NCBI GenBank assembly: GCA_002491605.1 | Contig: DKWG01000066.1 | Span: forward strand, 196 to 64,195 | Source of the DNA: Ruminococcus sp. UBA7158 | GTDB lineage: Bacteria > Bacillota > Clostridia > Oscillospirales > Ruminococcaceae | Length of the DNA stretch: 64,000 bases | Reading direction: 5' to 3' | In this document: positions 1 to 9,177 of the stretch, one piece after another | Position numbering within the stretch: position 1 is the stretch's first letter | Layout: each line of letters starts with the position of its first letter | Program-made: the position numbers and the translations under genes | The notes under the pieces: model-generated | The model's input: the letters and a program-made list of their open reading frames with translations, nothing else | Told to the model about the DNA's origin: nothing | The model's database searches: none

Positions 1-24
1 GATTTTATTAATTTATACCGAAAG

Positions 25-1467
25 CTATTCAATCTCCGATGCGTATGCTTCCATTTCCGCATTCAGCTCGCTTAAAGAGAAGTCTAAAGCGTCTCTGTTT
101 TTCTCCTTCAGCTCTGCCCATGTGCTCGGATTTTTCCAGTTATTAAAGCTTATCATGTCGCCGTAATACTTGGAAACCTTATCAAGGCCGCTGTACTGAA
201 CGATTGTATTATGCGAATTTGCTACATCATACATATGGTTCCACATAGTCAGCATTTCCTCCGACCAGCCCAATACCTCCATCTTCTGTCGCTCATCTAT
301 TCTTATAACAGTGGGGTCGACAACCTTAAAGCGCTCGCAGGAGGCTAAAAGTGCTACGCCCTCGGGGTTATTTGCGTCCTTGATAAGACAGTATCCGACA
401 GGCATTGAATCTATGTAATACTCGCCGTCGCCATTCGGATCTCTGGGCAGCGGAACAACCATAACTTCGCCGTCATCCATAGAACCGAAGCGCATCTCTT
501 CCTCTTCCTTAGAAATAATCTCATCAAGAATATAGGAGGGACCCATTGCAAAAAGCGTCATTCCTTCTCTCATTCCGCCGCCTTCATTGCCGTAGTTTAA
601 TGCCCAGCCGTTGTTCCAATGAGGGAATCCCAAGTCGTTTTTATTGATGTCCATCAATACCTGAGCAGCACGTTCCAGCCTCGGGTCGTCGATATTTGAA
701 TAGAATGTTCCCGACTCAGGGTCGAGAAGTACAGGGAAGGTGCCGGTAGAGCTTAAGAAGGTTGAATCGGTATGCCATCCGTTAAAGGCATATCGTCCTT
801 CATCAGAATCGGAAAAGTCCATTGCCATGTCGAGCATAACATCCCATGTCCATTCGTTGTTGTAATAAAGCTCGGCAGGATCATCAAAACCGTATTCAGT
901 GAAAATCCTGCGGTTATAAAGCATGAGACTGTTGTTCTGAACATCGGTAAGGAAGAAGAATGCCTTATCGCCTACAGTAAAATAGGTATCCGAATAGTAC
1001 TTCATTCCTGCCCAAAGAGGGTCGTTATAGTCAATATAATCCCCTGCCGGTGCATAGAGTCGATTGATATACGGATATGGGAAGGATGTCTCCCATGCTT
1101 TTGTGAAGTCCGGAGGATTTGATGACAAAATCAGATTGGCAAGGTCGGAAGATTGGTCAGACCAAGTCGTTTCAATCCATTCTACTTCACAGTTATATTT
1201 ATTTTTGAAGGTCCAATAGCCTGTATGAAGAATCTCGTCTTCAGAATAATTGTGAAAGCTGTCAATGTAATGGTGATATTTGATGGTGGTTCCGGCAGCA
1301 GCAGTCGTCTCAACATCAGGCAGCATTATGCCTGCTGCGTTAAGGATAGCCTCTGAGTCCTCGGTTGACAGCGTAAGCTGAACGATTTGACGTTTTTTGC
1401 CGCCGCATCCGACCAGTGCAGTCAGAATTAGAACAGCCAAGATGATTGCGATGATTCTCTTCGACAT
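25..1467 (-). CDS. Extracellular solute-binding lipoprotein of a carbohydrate ABC transporter (family 1 SBP-like)
   Basis: 480-aa ORF with a lipoprotein signal MSKRIIAIILAVLILTALVGC (lipobox LVGC). Size and W/Y/D-rich composition are typical of sugar SBPs. It sits next to two secreted glycoside hydrolases. Confidence 0.7.
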   Translation of the reverse strand: MSKRIIAIILAVLILTALVGCGGKKRQIVQLTLSTEDSEAILNAAGIMLPDVETTAAAGTTIKYHHYIDSFHNYSEDEILHTGYWTFKNKYNCEVEWIETTWSDQSSDLANLILSSNPPDFTKAWETSFPYPYINRLYAPAGDYIDYNDPLWAGMKYYSDTYFTVGDKAFFFLTDVQNNSLMLYNRRIFTEYGFDDPAELYYNNEWTWDVMLDMAMDFSDSDEGRYAFNGWHTDSTFLSSTGTFPVLLDPESGTFYSNIDDPRLERAAQVLMDINKNDLGFPHWNNGWALNYGNEGGGMREGMTLFAMGPSYILDEIISKEEEEMRFGSMDDGEVMVVPLPRDPNGDGEYYIDSMPVGYCLIKDANNPEGVALLASCERFKVVDPTVIRIDERQKMEVLGWSEEMLTMWNHMYDVANSHNTIVQYSGLDKVSKYYGDMISFNNWKNPSTWAELKEKNRDALDFSLSELNAEMEAYASEIE

Positions 1468-1581
1468 AATTATCCTTCTTTCTCTTGAGTGAAATTGAGC
1501 TTTTGCAGCTCAAAGCACCGGTATTTGGATTTGTATAGAAAACGCTTGAGCTTATTCGCAAATTCATTTTCCTACTATCCA

Positions 1582-1610
1582 ATTATAATGTACATCAAAT
1601 TTAGTCACAA
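1582..1610 (-). promoter_or_regulatory. Putative sigma-A promoter for the SBP gene (TTGTGA-17-TATAAT on minus strand)
   Basis: Plus-strand ATTATA at 1582-1587 and TCACAA at 1605-1610 with a 17-nt spacer, about 110 nt upstream of the start codon. Confidence 0.45.
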
Positions 1611-1684
1611 TGCAATAACACAATCTGCGCATACAGTAACATATTCTGCAAGTATCTGCATTCGTAGTTTGAACTGTTCAATTC

Positions 1685-1883
1685 GCACGTTTTCTATATC
1701 ATAGCACGTCGCTTTTATGATATAAAAAATAACGAAAACAGCATAGATTCAAAGCTTGCGCTCCGAATCTATGCTTATACGTTTACTGTTATATTGATTT
1801 AACACGCTGCTTTTCTCGCCGCTGAAGCGGCAGCCGAAAACGATGCACAATTAAATCATCGCTCTTCGCCCTTATGATATAAT
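1685..1883 (+). repeat. Copy A of a dispersed intergenic module (AT-rich inverted repeat / TGnTATAA box, hairpin 1, long imperfect hairpin 2, second inverted repeat / TGATATAAT box)
   Basis: Positions 1806-1883 align almost base for base with 58115-58193. Hairpin 1 is 1740-1775 and hairpin 2 is 1806-1848. Inverted repeats are ATATCAT/ATGATAT (1696-1702 / 1717-1723) and ATCAT/ATGAT (1855-1859 / 1874-1878). Confidence 0.55.
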
Positions 1884-4139
1884 CATACAATCAAGATAAA
1901 GTGCACCCTGAAGCTCACCTGTCGCTTTAAGCTCAACGGTATTATCGCCCTTATTGAGCTTAACTTCAATTGTGTATTCCTGCCAATCGCTTGCCGATGA
2001 GGTCTTGCCAAGGCTCAGAGAGGAAACCTTTTTGCCGTTTACATAAAGATTCAGCTTTGAAATTGACGCATCCGGAGAAGAATATCTCAGGGTAAGAGTA
2101 TACTTACCGTCCTCCAAGACACTTACATGGTCTAATACTGCGGCGTCTTCCTTGCTGCCGAATATCATGTAGCCCTGACCCTTAAAGCCGTCAACACCGC
2201 TGCGGCAGCCGTTGGGAAGGTTCTTCTGTATGCTGATGCTGTCAAAGTTTTCTGCCTCATACTGATGAGGACCATGGTAAACGGGAGGTCTTTTCGGCTC
2301 AACAAGTGTCGCCGTTTTGTATTCAGTGAGACGTCCTGATTCTGTGCCCTTTGCCGATATCTCGATATCGATAGGTCCGTTGTGTTCAATCGTAGCTGTG
2401 AACACGCCGCCCTCCCAGCTTGTATTGACCTTGCTTTTTACCTGTGACACTCCCCTGTCGTTATAGGTAAGAGTCGGTTCTTCTGTACAGCCATAAACCT
2501 TTATAACGTCAGTCTTGAGCTTAAATGCGCTCAAAAGCTCGTTATCATAGTTGTTTAGGTATATCTTGAGCGAATCGGCATACTCGCTTATAATTCCGCC
2601 GGAATACTGCGACAATGTCAGCTCCACCTTATCAGCGGTATTATATTTGAACGGAATAACGCCCTCGGCAGACTGTCCGGACTTGTACGGATTGTACACA
2701 GTCCATGTGTTGTCGCTCCTTCGAGCGTAAATGTCGCCTGTGTATTCCTCGGGGAACAGCTCATTCAGCTCGGCGAGCTTATTCTCCTCCTTGCCCCAGC
2801 GCTTGTTATACTCACTTGAGTTAATCTGAATTTCAAAGCCCTTTGCGGTATCGTCTGCAAGAGCATATACGGTTGGTATAGTCGGATATCTTCCTGACTT
2901 CTTGAAGAAGTTTCTGTTGTCACGGAGCATACCGTCGTTATCCATCTTATACAGCCCGTTGAACAGGGTCTTCGGCGAGCAGTATTTAGCGTCATCGTCG
3001 CCCTTATCGACGTCCTGAATTATAACCGCTTTAGTGTTATTTATTACCTCTTCACGGGTGGGTATTCTTATCGTGCCGTCCAAAACCTTTCTGAAGATAT
3101 CTATCATAACATTTTGGAACTGATCATACATCTCCCACTTTCTCGAGCTGTAGCCCTGCTCGGTTCTCTCGGCAGACGTCTCTCTGAAGCATTCGGTCCA
3201 GATAAGCTCAGGACCGTCTATAACAGTATAGCCCTGCTGCATCAGTCTTTCAAGGTGGATAGCAACGCCGGTTGCCATTGTAAACTTTGTATTTGTCTGA
3301 CCGTCGGGTCCTGTCCAGCCGGAGCCGTCGTATCTAAGACCTGCCTGACCTGAATAGCCCGAAAGATATGCGCCTAAAACCTGACTTTCAACATCGTGCA
3401 AATAGCCTACCTGAGTGTGCTTTTCACACAGAATGTAGTTTTCGGTATAGTCAAGGCAAGCCTGCTCAAATTCCGGCACCTGCTTAAGCATTGCAATAGG
3501 ATTGAGCGCCTGACCCCACTGATTTCCGCACCAGCTGACAACCAGATATCCGCCGTAGTCATGAGTTAGCTTTAAAAGATTGGTAAAATGCTTATATCTT
3601 TCGATGTAGGTTGTCGGGAAGTCCTCCTGGTCGAAGCCCCAGAACTGTTCGCAGTAGTTAAAGCCCAAAAAGTTCGGATAATCCCTGAAGAATTCTTCAA
3701 AAATTGTGTCCTTCATATCTGAGGGTTCTACATAATCCGGGAAATGGCACTGTCCGCCGCTGGCAGGCTGAATCATTGCCCAAACGTTTTTCTCAGCACA
3801 GGTTCTGAGCCATGATTTTGCGCACTCATAACCGTCGTTGACAAGTCCCCATGTTTTTGTGTCGCTGTCCCAGCTTATTGAAAGAGAAATGTTGAATACA
3901 ACATACGGCAAAATGTCCTCGGGGATTAAATCTATTATCTTTTCGGGGTCGGCATTGTTCCACGAGTCAATATGAACAATCCACATCGGCTGCTCTGTGG
4001 AAATAGGACGTCTCAATTCGCCGTTCGGCTCACAGACACTGACCGTTCTTTCAACCGTCGGCGACTGACCGCAGGCACAGCACGTTATAAGCATTAATAC
4101 AGCCATCAATGCACAAACGGCCTTCTTAAAATTTTTCAT
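1872..4139 (-). CDS. Secreted (lipoprotein-anchored) glycoside hydrolase with C-terminal CBM6/CBM35-like module; catalytic family possibly GH98-like (unverified)
   Basis: 755-aa ORF with a signal peptide and lipobox (LITCCAC). The catalytic region is acidic/aromatic-rich (NYCEQFWGFD, WCGNQWGQ). The C-terminal ~130 aa (YEAENF...GQGYMIFG...LTLRYSS...LYVNGKK...W.EYTIEVKLNKGDNTVELK) matches the CBM6/35 pattern. The GH98 idea comes from domain sizes and memory only. Confidence 0.7.
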   Translation of the reverse strand: MKNFKKAVCALMAVLMLITCCACGQSPTVERTVSVCEPNGELRRPISTEQPMWIVHIDSWNNADPEKIIDLIPEDILPYVVFNISLSISWDSDTKTWGLVNDGYECAKSWLRTCAEKNVWAMIQPASGGQCHFPDYVEPSDMKDTIFEEFFRDYPNFLGFNYCEQFWGFDQEDFPTTYIERYKHFTNLLKLTHDYGGYLVVSWCGNQWGQALNPIAMLKQVPEFEQACLDYTENYILCEKHTQVGYLHDVESQVLGAYLSGYSGQAGLRYDGSGWTGPDGQTNTKFTMATGVAIHLERLMQQGYTVIDGPELIWTECFRETSAERTEQGYSSRKWEMYDQFQNVMIDIFRKVLDGTIRIPTREEVINNTKAVIIQDVDKGDDDAKYCSPKTLFNGLYKMDNDGMLRDNRNFFKKSGRYPTIPTVYALADDTAKGFEIQINSSEYNKRWGKEENKLAELNELFPEEYTGDIYARRSDNTWTVYNPYKSGQSAEGVIPFKYNTADKVELTLSQYSGGIISEYADSLKIYLNNYDNELLSAFKLKTDVIKVYGCTEEPTLTYNDRGVSQVKSKVNTSWEGGVFTATIEHNGPIDIEISAKGTESGRLTEYKTATLVEPKRPPVYHGPHQYEAENFDSISIQKNLPNGCRSGVDGFKGQGYMIFGSKEDAAVLDHVSVLEDGKYTLTLRYSSPDASISKLNLYVNGKKVSSLSLGKTSSASDWQEYTIEVKLNKGDNTVELKATGELQGALYLDCMIIS

Positions 4140-4159
4140 TAATTTCTCCTCAAAGCGTA

Positions 4160-6424
4160 TTATGAGATAACGAAGTTATCAATATAAAGCTCATCTGCAA
4201 GTGTTGAATCAGCTTTAAGCTCAATCTTGTTTTCACCCTTATTGAGCTTAATCTTTGCAGATACCGTTCCCCACTTGCTTGTTGAACCTGTCTTCTTCAG
4301 ACTCAGAGTTTTTACCTTCTGACCGTTGACGTACAAAGCAAGACCTGATATATCGGCTTTCGCCGCCGCATACCTGAGTGTAAAGGTGTACTCACCGGAT
4401 TTGAGCGCTGTGACAGTATCTCGAACCGACGCTCCGCTCTTCTTTCCGAATATCAGATATCCCTGACCTTGGAAATTGTCAACTCCTGTGCGACAGCCGT
4501 TTTCGACATACTTATTGCAGTTTTTAATATCAAAGTGCTCTGCTTCGTACTGATAAGGTCCTGCGTATATCGGAGGTCTTGCAGGGGCTGTTATTCCTGA
4601 CTTTTTGTACTTTGTAAGCCTGTCTGTGTTTTTGCCCTTGGCATTTGTCACGGTTATATCAACAGGACCGTTGTGCTGTACCTTTACAGTCAGCACACCG
4701 TCCTTCCACAAAGTCGTTACCTTGCTCTTTGCCTGGCTTACTCCCCTGTCCTTATATGTAACCTTTGGCTCTTCTGTACAGCCGTAAATCTTAATAAGGT
4801 CAGTCTTTAAATCTGTAGACTTGGAAAGCTTGTTGTCGTAGTTATTCAGATAGAATTTGAGTGAATCCGAATACTCGGTTACAACGCCGCCGGAGTACCT
4901 TGAAAGCGACATCTCGAAGTAATCTGCGGTATTGTATCTGAAATTAACTCTTGCAGTTGCAGCCTTGCCTGATTTGAACGGATTATATACAGTCCACGCA
5001 TTTTCGGAGCTGCGAACATACATATTTCCTGCGTATTCTTTTTCAAAAATTTTGTTAAACTCTGCAACCTTCTTCTCAACTCTGCCCCAACGGGAAGCGT
5101 ATTTTGTATAGTTGACCTGATATTCAAACGATTTTGCCGCATCGTCTGCGAGATTATAAACCGTCGGAATTGTGGGATAGCGTCCTGTCTTCTTGAAGAA
5201 GTTGTGGTTATCCCTCAGGTTGCCGTCGTCGTCCATTCTGTAAAGTCCTTCAAATAAGGTCACAGGAGAGCAATACTTTCCGTCGTCAGAGGCATATTTA
5301 TTGTCCTGAATAATAACTACCTTTGTTCTTTCAATAACCTCTTCACGGCTGGGAATTCTTATCGTCCCGTCAATAAGCTTTCTGAATATGTCTATAGAAA
5401 TATTCTGGAACTGATCGGTCATCTTCCAGCTTCTATAGGTATAGCCCTGACTGTCTGTTTTCTTCCAATTCTCGTTGAAGTCGTCGTTCCAGATGAGCTC
5501 AGGACCGTCTATAACGGTAAAGCCGCACTGCATAAGACGTTCAATATGAGGCGCTATGCCGGTTGCAAGGGTGTAGTTCTTGTCGTGATCTCCGTTTTCG
5601 TCAGTCCAGCCGGTTGAGTCGTACCTTAAGCCTGCCTGTCCTGCATATCCGGAAAGGTATGCTCCCAAGACCTGACTTTCAACGTCCTGCAAATATCCGA
5701 CCTGAGTGTGCTTTTCGCAAAGAATATAGTTTTCGGTGTAATCAAGGCATGCCTTCTCAAACTCAGGAACCTGCTTAAGCATTGCAATAGGATTGAGCGC
5801 CTGACCCCACTGGTTTCCGCACCAGCTGACAACCAAATATCCGCCGTACTTATGAGTCAGCTTTAAAAGGTTGGCAAAATGCTGATATCTTTGTTTATAG
5901 GTTGTCGGAAAATCCTTTTGGTCAAAGCCCCAGAACTGTTCGCAGTAGTTAAAGCCCAAAAAGTTGGGATAGTCCCTGAAAAACTCACCGAAAAGGGTGT
6001 TTTCAAGGTCTGTGTTCGGCTCATAGTAGTCAGGGAAGTGGCACTGTCCGCCGCTTGCAGGCTGAATTAACGCCCACACGTTCTTTTCGGCGCAGGTTCT
6101 CAGCCATGACTTAGCCAGCTCATAACCGTCGTTTACCATGCCCCATGTATGAGTGTCGTGGTCATAGTTAATAGACATGGAAATATTGAAAACAACATAC
6201 GGCAAAATGTCCTCGGGAATAAGGTCAATTATCTTTGCCGGGTCGGCATAGTTCCATGTGTCGATATGTACAATCCACATCGGCTGCTCAGGTGAAACAG
6301 GTCGTCTGAGTGTTGGCTCTTTAGCTTTCGCAGTTGACTTTGTTGCCGCAAAAGCAGAAGTCGGCAGTATGCATACAGTCATAACCGCAGCCAACAGCAA
6401 GCTTATAAATCTTTTCAGCTTCAT
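4160..6424 (-). CDS. Secreted glycoside hydrolase, tandem paralog of 1872-4139, with C-terminal CBM6/CBM35-like module
   Basis: 754-aa ORF with a cleavable signal peptide (PTSAFAATKS). Long blocks are identical to the neighbour (QPMWIVHID.W, IIDLIPEDILPYVVFNIS, SWLRTCAEKNVWA.IQPASGGQCHFPDY, GGYLVVSWCGNQWGQALNPIAMLKQVPEFE). Only 20 nt separate the two genes. Confidence 0.7.
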   Translation of the reverse strand: MKLKRFISLLLAAVMTVCILPTSAFAATKSTAKAKEPTLRRPVSPEQPMWIVHIDTWNYADPAKIIDLIPEDILPYVVFNISMSINYDHDTHTWGMVNDGYELAKSWLRTCAEKNVWALIQPASGGQCHFPDYYEPNTDLENTLFGEFFRDYPNFLGFNYCEQFWGFDQKDFPTTYKQRYQHFANLLKLTHKYGGYLVVSWCGNQWGQALNPIAMLKQVPEFEKACLDYTENYILCEKHTQVGYLQDVESQVLGAYLSGYAGQAGLRYDSTGWTDENGDHDKNYTLATGIAPHIERLMQCGFTVIDGPELIWNDDFNENWKKTDSQGYTYRSWKMTDQFQNISIDIFRKLIDGTIRIPSREEVIERTKVVIIQDNKYASDDGKYCSPVTLFEGLYRMDDDGNLRDNHNFFKKTGRYPTIPTVYNLADDAAKSFEYQVNYTKYASRWGRVEKKVAEFNKIFEKEYAGNMYVRSSENAWTVYNPFKSGKAATARVNFRYNTADYFEMSLSRYSGGVVTEYSDSLKFYLNNYDNKLSKSTDLKTDLIKIYGCTEEPKVTYKDRGVSQAKSKVTTLWKDGVLTVKVQHNGPVDITVTNAKGKNTDRLTKYKKSGITAPARPPIYAGPYQYEAEHFDIKNCNKYVENGCRTGVDNFQGQGYLIFGKKSGASVRDTVTALKSGEYTFTLRYAAAKADISGLALYVNGQKVKTLSLKKTGSTSKWGTVSAKIKLNKGENKIELKADSTLADELYIDNFVIS

Positions 6425-6592
6425 ATAATTCTCACTTTCACTTAAATATTTGTATAATTATTATAAAAAAACATGACAAGCAAGTCAAGATGTTTTAATA
6501 TTTTTACAAATACATTGAAATTTTTGACCATATCAAAGCTTATTTTGTCTATACAGATTACTGCCGTCAATATCGGTGCTTCAAAACCGCAC

Positions 6593-6637
6593 AAAAAATC
6601 CGCACGTTGCTGCCGATTACGGACAACATAGTGCGGA
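6593..6637 (-). terminator. Rho-independent terminator downstream of the HTH/DUF2975 pair
   Basis: Minus strand CTCCGCAC...GTGCGGA hairpin (6599-6605 / 6631-6637) followed by a T6 run. Confidence 0.6.
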
Positions 6638-6681
6638 GTGAAATTTGTATTATCTTAAACTGAGCTTATCGCAATCAGATA

Positions 6682-6888
6682 CTATGCCTGATACTCCAAG
6701 ACATCTTCTATCCTACACTCCAATGCTTCGCATATAGCTGCAAGAGTTGAAAATCTAACGGCTGTGACCTTGTTGTTTTTAATTTTTGAGAGGTTGACGT
6801 TTGATATCCCGACCTTCTCAGCCAGTTCATTTAATGATATCTTTCTCTCGACCATCATTTTGTCGAGCTTAAAAACTATTTTACCCAT
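6682..6888 (-). CDS. YozG-like Cro/C1 (XRE) family HTH transcriptional regulator
   Basis: MGKIVFKLDKMMVERKISLNELAEKVGISNVNLSKIKNNKVTAVRFSTLAAICEALECRIEDVLEY is the typical small YozG-type HTH that follows a DUF2975 membrane protein. I chose the ATG at 6888 over the TTG at 6909 (RBS AAGGAAAG upstream). Confidence 0.8.
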   Translation of the reverse strand: MGKIVFKLDKMMVERKISLNELAEKVGISNVNLSKIKNNKVTAVRFSTLAAICEALECRIEDVLEYQA

Positions 6889-6932
6889 ACATATTAGCTT
6901 TCCTTTCAAATAGTATCAGCAAACGCCTCACA

Positions 6933-7529
6933 TCAAACCAAACCATCGACATCGGACTGCAGCGATGCGCCGTAGGCAAATATCTGAGTCAGGCAAAGAC
7001 CGATAATGCCGACAATAAAGCCATCAAGGGATACTGCCGCCTCAACATTTTCCCATCCAAGTATAAGAATCGCTACGCATTGCATAATCAGACCGATGAT
7101 AGGCAGGCTAATTGAGAATATACCGATTTCCCTAATCATTCGAACATTGTCCTTGGCGAATGGCGATGATTTTACACCGTTTTTACCGATAATGCTCTTC
7201 AAAACTAAATAAATATTTCTGAACACCATTGCCATAAGTCCCAAGGATATAAATGCAGCAACTGAAAAAACAGCTATCGCTTTTACGTTTACATTACCGT
7301 CTTTATCAGCGCAATCCAGCTGAAAGCCATAGGCTTCAATCGTTGTTCCGCCGTTAGCATCAAAAAGCATACTTTCATCGATAAAGCCTAAAAAGCTCGA
7401 GCTTGCAAAAATGCACATTACCAGCACTACAATCATTGACACAACGCCGATCCAATGCACAACCTCTCCTATCTTAGAAATGACCATTCCGACCTTGAAT
7501 AACGCTTCCTGTCTCTTTGTCTGTTCCAT
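6933..7529 (-). CDS. DUF2975-like multi-pass membrane protein
   Basis: About 198 aa with 4-5 hydrophobic helices, immediately upstream of a YozG-type HTH (a recurrent gene pair). RBS GGGGGAA lies 6-7 nt before the ATG at 7529. Confidence 0.65.
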   Translation of the reverse strand: MEQTKRQEALFKVGMVISKIGEVVHWIGVVSMIVVLVMCIFASSSFLGFIDESMLFDANGGTTIEAYGFQLDCADKDGNVNVKAIAVFSVAAFISLGLMAMVFRNIYLVLKSIIGKNGVKSSPFAKDNVRMIREIGIFSISLPIIGLIMQCVAILILGWENVEAAVSLDGFIVGIIGLCLTQIFAYGASLQSDVDGLV

Positions 7530-7605
7530 AAATAATTCCCCCATTTAAATTTTATTGTTTTACTTTTTCCGCCGGCTGAAACGAGTTTTTTAAGATCTTG
7601 ACTGT

Positions 7606-7670
7606 ATTATAGCACGCCAATTATCGTTTGTCAATAACTGATTATCGATTAACGATAAAAAATTATCGTT
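7606..7670 (-). promoter_or_regulatory. Consensus sigma-A promoter (TTGACA-17-TATAAT) with an array of TTATCG/CGATAA operator-like half sites
   Basis: -10 at 7606-7611 and -35 at 7629-7634 (minus strand). AATTATCGTT occurs at 7619-7628 and 7661-7670, and the palindrome TTATCGATTAACGATAA at 7642-7658. Confidence 0.6.
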
Positions 7671-7711
7671 AAATATAAACCGGCACTTCACGTAAAGCTG
7701 TAAAGTGCCGG
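7671..7711 (-). terminator. Rho-independent terminator after trpB
   Basis: CCGGCACTT / AAGTGCCGG stem (7680-7688 / 7703-7711) followed on the minus strand by TTTATATTT. Confidence 0.6.
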
Positions 7712-7763
7712 TCGGACGGATATTAACTTTTGTGTACAGAACCAAATTGCGTCAGAGTATCAA

Positions 7764-9140
7764 TCAGGCTTCAACCTTCGGAAGCTTAGCGATGTTTGCT
7801 GCGATTTCCTCGTCGGCGGGGATGTAGTCGCTCATCTTACCGTCGTGGAACTTTTCGTATGCTACCATATCGAAGTAGCCAGTTCCCGTAAGTCCGAAGA
7901 GAATAGTCTTTTCTTCGCCTGTCTCACGGCACTTGATTGCTTCGTCTATGGCAACTCTTATAGCGTGGCTGGACTCCGGTGCGGGAAGAATACCTTCAAC
8001 TCTTGCAAACTGCTCTGCAGCTTCAAAAACGTCTGTCTGCTTAACGGATGTGGCTTCCATCAAGCCGTCGTCATAGAGCTGAGAAAGTGTTGAGCTCATG
8101 CCGTGGTATCTAAGACCTCCTGCGTGGTTAGCGGAGGGGATGAAGTTAGAGCCGAGGGTATACATCTTAGCCAAGGGACATACAGCGCCTGTATCGCAGA
8201 AGTCGTACGCATATGTTCCTCTTGTCAAGCTCGGGCAGGATGCCGGCTCTACAGCGATAAACTTATAATCAGCCTCGCCTCTGAGCTTTTCGCCCATGAA
8301 CGGAGCGATAAGTCCTCCGAGATTTGAACCGCCGCCTGCACAGCCGATGATGATATCAGGCTTTATGCCGTATTTGTCCATAGCTGCCTTTGCTTCAAGA
8401 CCTATAACCGACTGATGCAAGAGTACCTGATTCAAAACGCTTCCCAAAACATAACGGTAGCCTTCGCTTGTTACAGCCTTTTCAACTGCTTCAGAAATAG
8501 CGCAGCCAAGGCTTCCTGTTGTTCCGGGATGCTCAGCTAAAATCTTCTTTCCTACCTCTGTTTCCATTGAAGGAGAAGGTGTAACGGATGCGCCGTATAC
8601 TCTCATGACCTCTCTTCTGAAAGGCTTTTGCTCATATGAGCACTTAACCATATATACCTTGCAGTCAAGACCCAAGTATGCGCAAGCCATTGACAAAGCG
8701 GTTCCCCACTGTCCTGCTCCTGTTTCTGTGGTGACGCCCTTTAAGCCCTGCTTTTTAGCGTAGTAAGCCTGAGCGATAGCTGAGTTGAGCTTATGGCTTC
8801 CGCTGGTGTTGTTGCCCTCGAATTTGTAATAAATCTTAGCAGGTGTTCCCAATGCTTTTTCAAGGCAGTATGCTCTGACAAGCGGAGACGGACGGTACAT
8901 CTTATAGAAATCTCTTATTTCCTGTGGAATCTCAAAGAACTTGGTGGTATCATCAAGTTCCTGAGCCACAAGCTCCTCGCAGAATACGCCTGAAAGCTCC
9001 TCGGCGGTCATCGGCTTGAGTGTTCCGGGGTTCAGAAGCGGAGCCGGCTTGTTTATCATATCTGCTCTTAAATTGTACCATGCCTTGGGCATTTCACTTT
9101 CTTCAAGATAAATTTTGTAGGGGATTTTTTCGTTTGACAT
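7764..9140 (-). CDS. trpB: TrpB-like pyridoxal-phosphate enzyme (tryptophan synthase beta chain, TrpB2 type)
   Basis: 458 aa with an N-terminus IPYKIYLEESEMPKAWYNLRADM characteristic of long TrpB2 proteins. PLP-fold motifs GSHKLN and GCAGGGSN are present, and a Trp T-box leader precedes the gene. Confidence 0.9.
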   Translation of the reverse strand: MSNEKIPYKIYLEESEMPKAWYNLRADMINKPAPLLNPGTLKPMTAEELSGVFCEELVAQELDDTTKFFEIPQEIRDFYKMYRPSPLVRAYCLEKALGTPAKIYYKFEGNNTSGSHKLNSAIAQAYYAKKQGLKGVTTETGAGQWGTALSMACAYLGLDCKVYMVKCSYEQKPFRREVMRVYGASVTPSPSMETEVGKKILAEHPGTTGSLGCAISEAVEKAVTSEGYRYVLGSVLNQVLLHQSVIGLEAKAAMDKYGIKPDIIIGCAGGGSNLGGLIAPFMGEKLRGEADYKFIAVEPASCPSLTRGTYAYDFCDTGAVCPLAKMYTLGSNFIPSANHAGGLRYHGMSSTLSQLYDDGLMEATSVKQTDVFEAAEQFARVEGILPAPESSHAIRVAIDEAIKCRETGEEKTILFGLTGTGYFDMVAYEKFHDGKMSDYIPADEEIAANIAKLPKVEA

Positions 9141-9177
9141 AGTAGATGTCTCCTTTCATTATTCAGGGACGGTATAA

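Noticed and set aside
1489-1704. 71-aa plus-strand ORF in the SBP-hydrolase intergenic region, with similar small intergenic ORFs at 40013-40219, 53840-54067 and 20785-21015
   Set aside because: They have no RBS and low-complexity, stop-poor AT-rich sequence. They overlap predicted promoters, leaders or the tRNA fragment, and have no recognisable motif.
1836-1850. cre (CcpA)-like sequence CGAAAACGATGCAC in the 3' arm of hairpin 2
   Set aside because: It matches only about 10 of 14 positions of the TGWAANCGNTNWCA consensus. The central CG is lost in the otherwise near-identical copy at 58146-58158 (GAAAATGATGCAC). The hairpin-arm explanation fits better.
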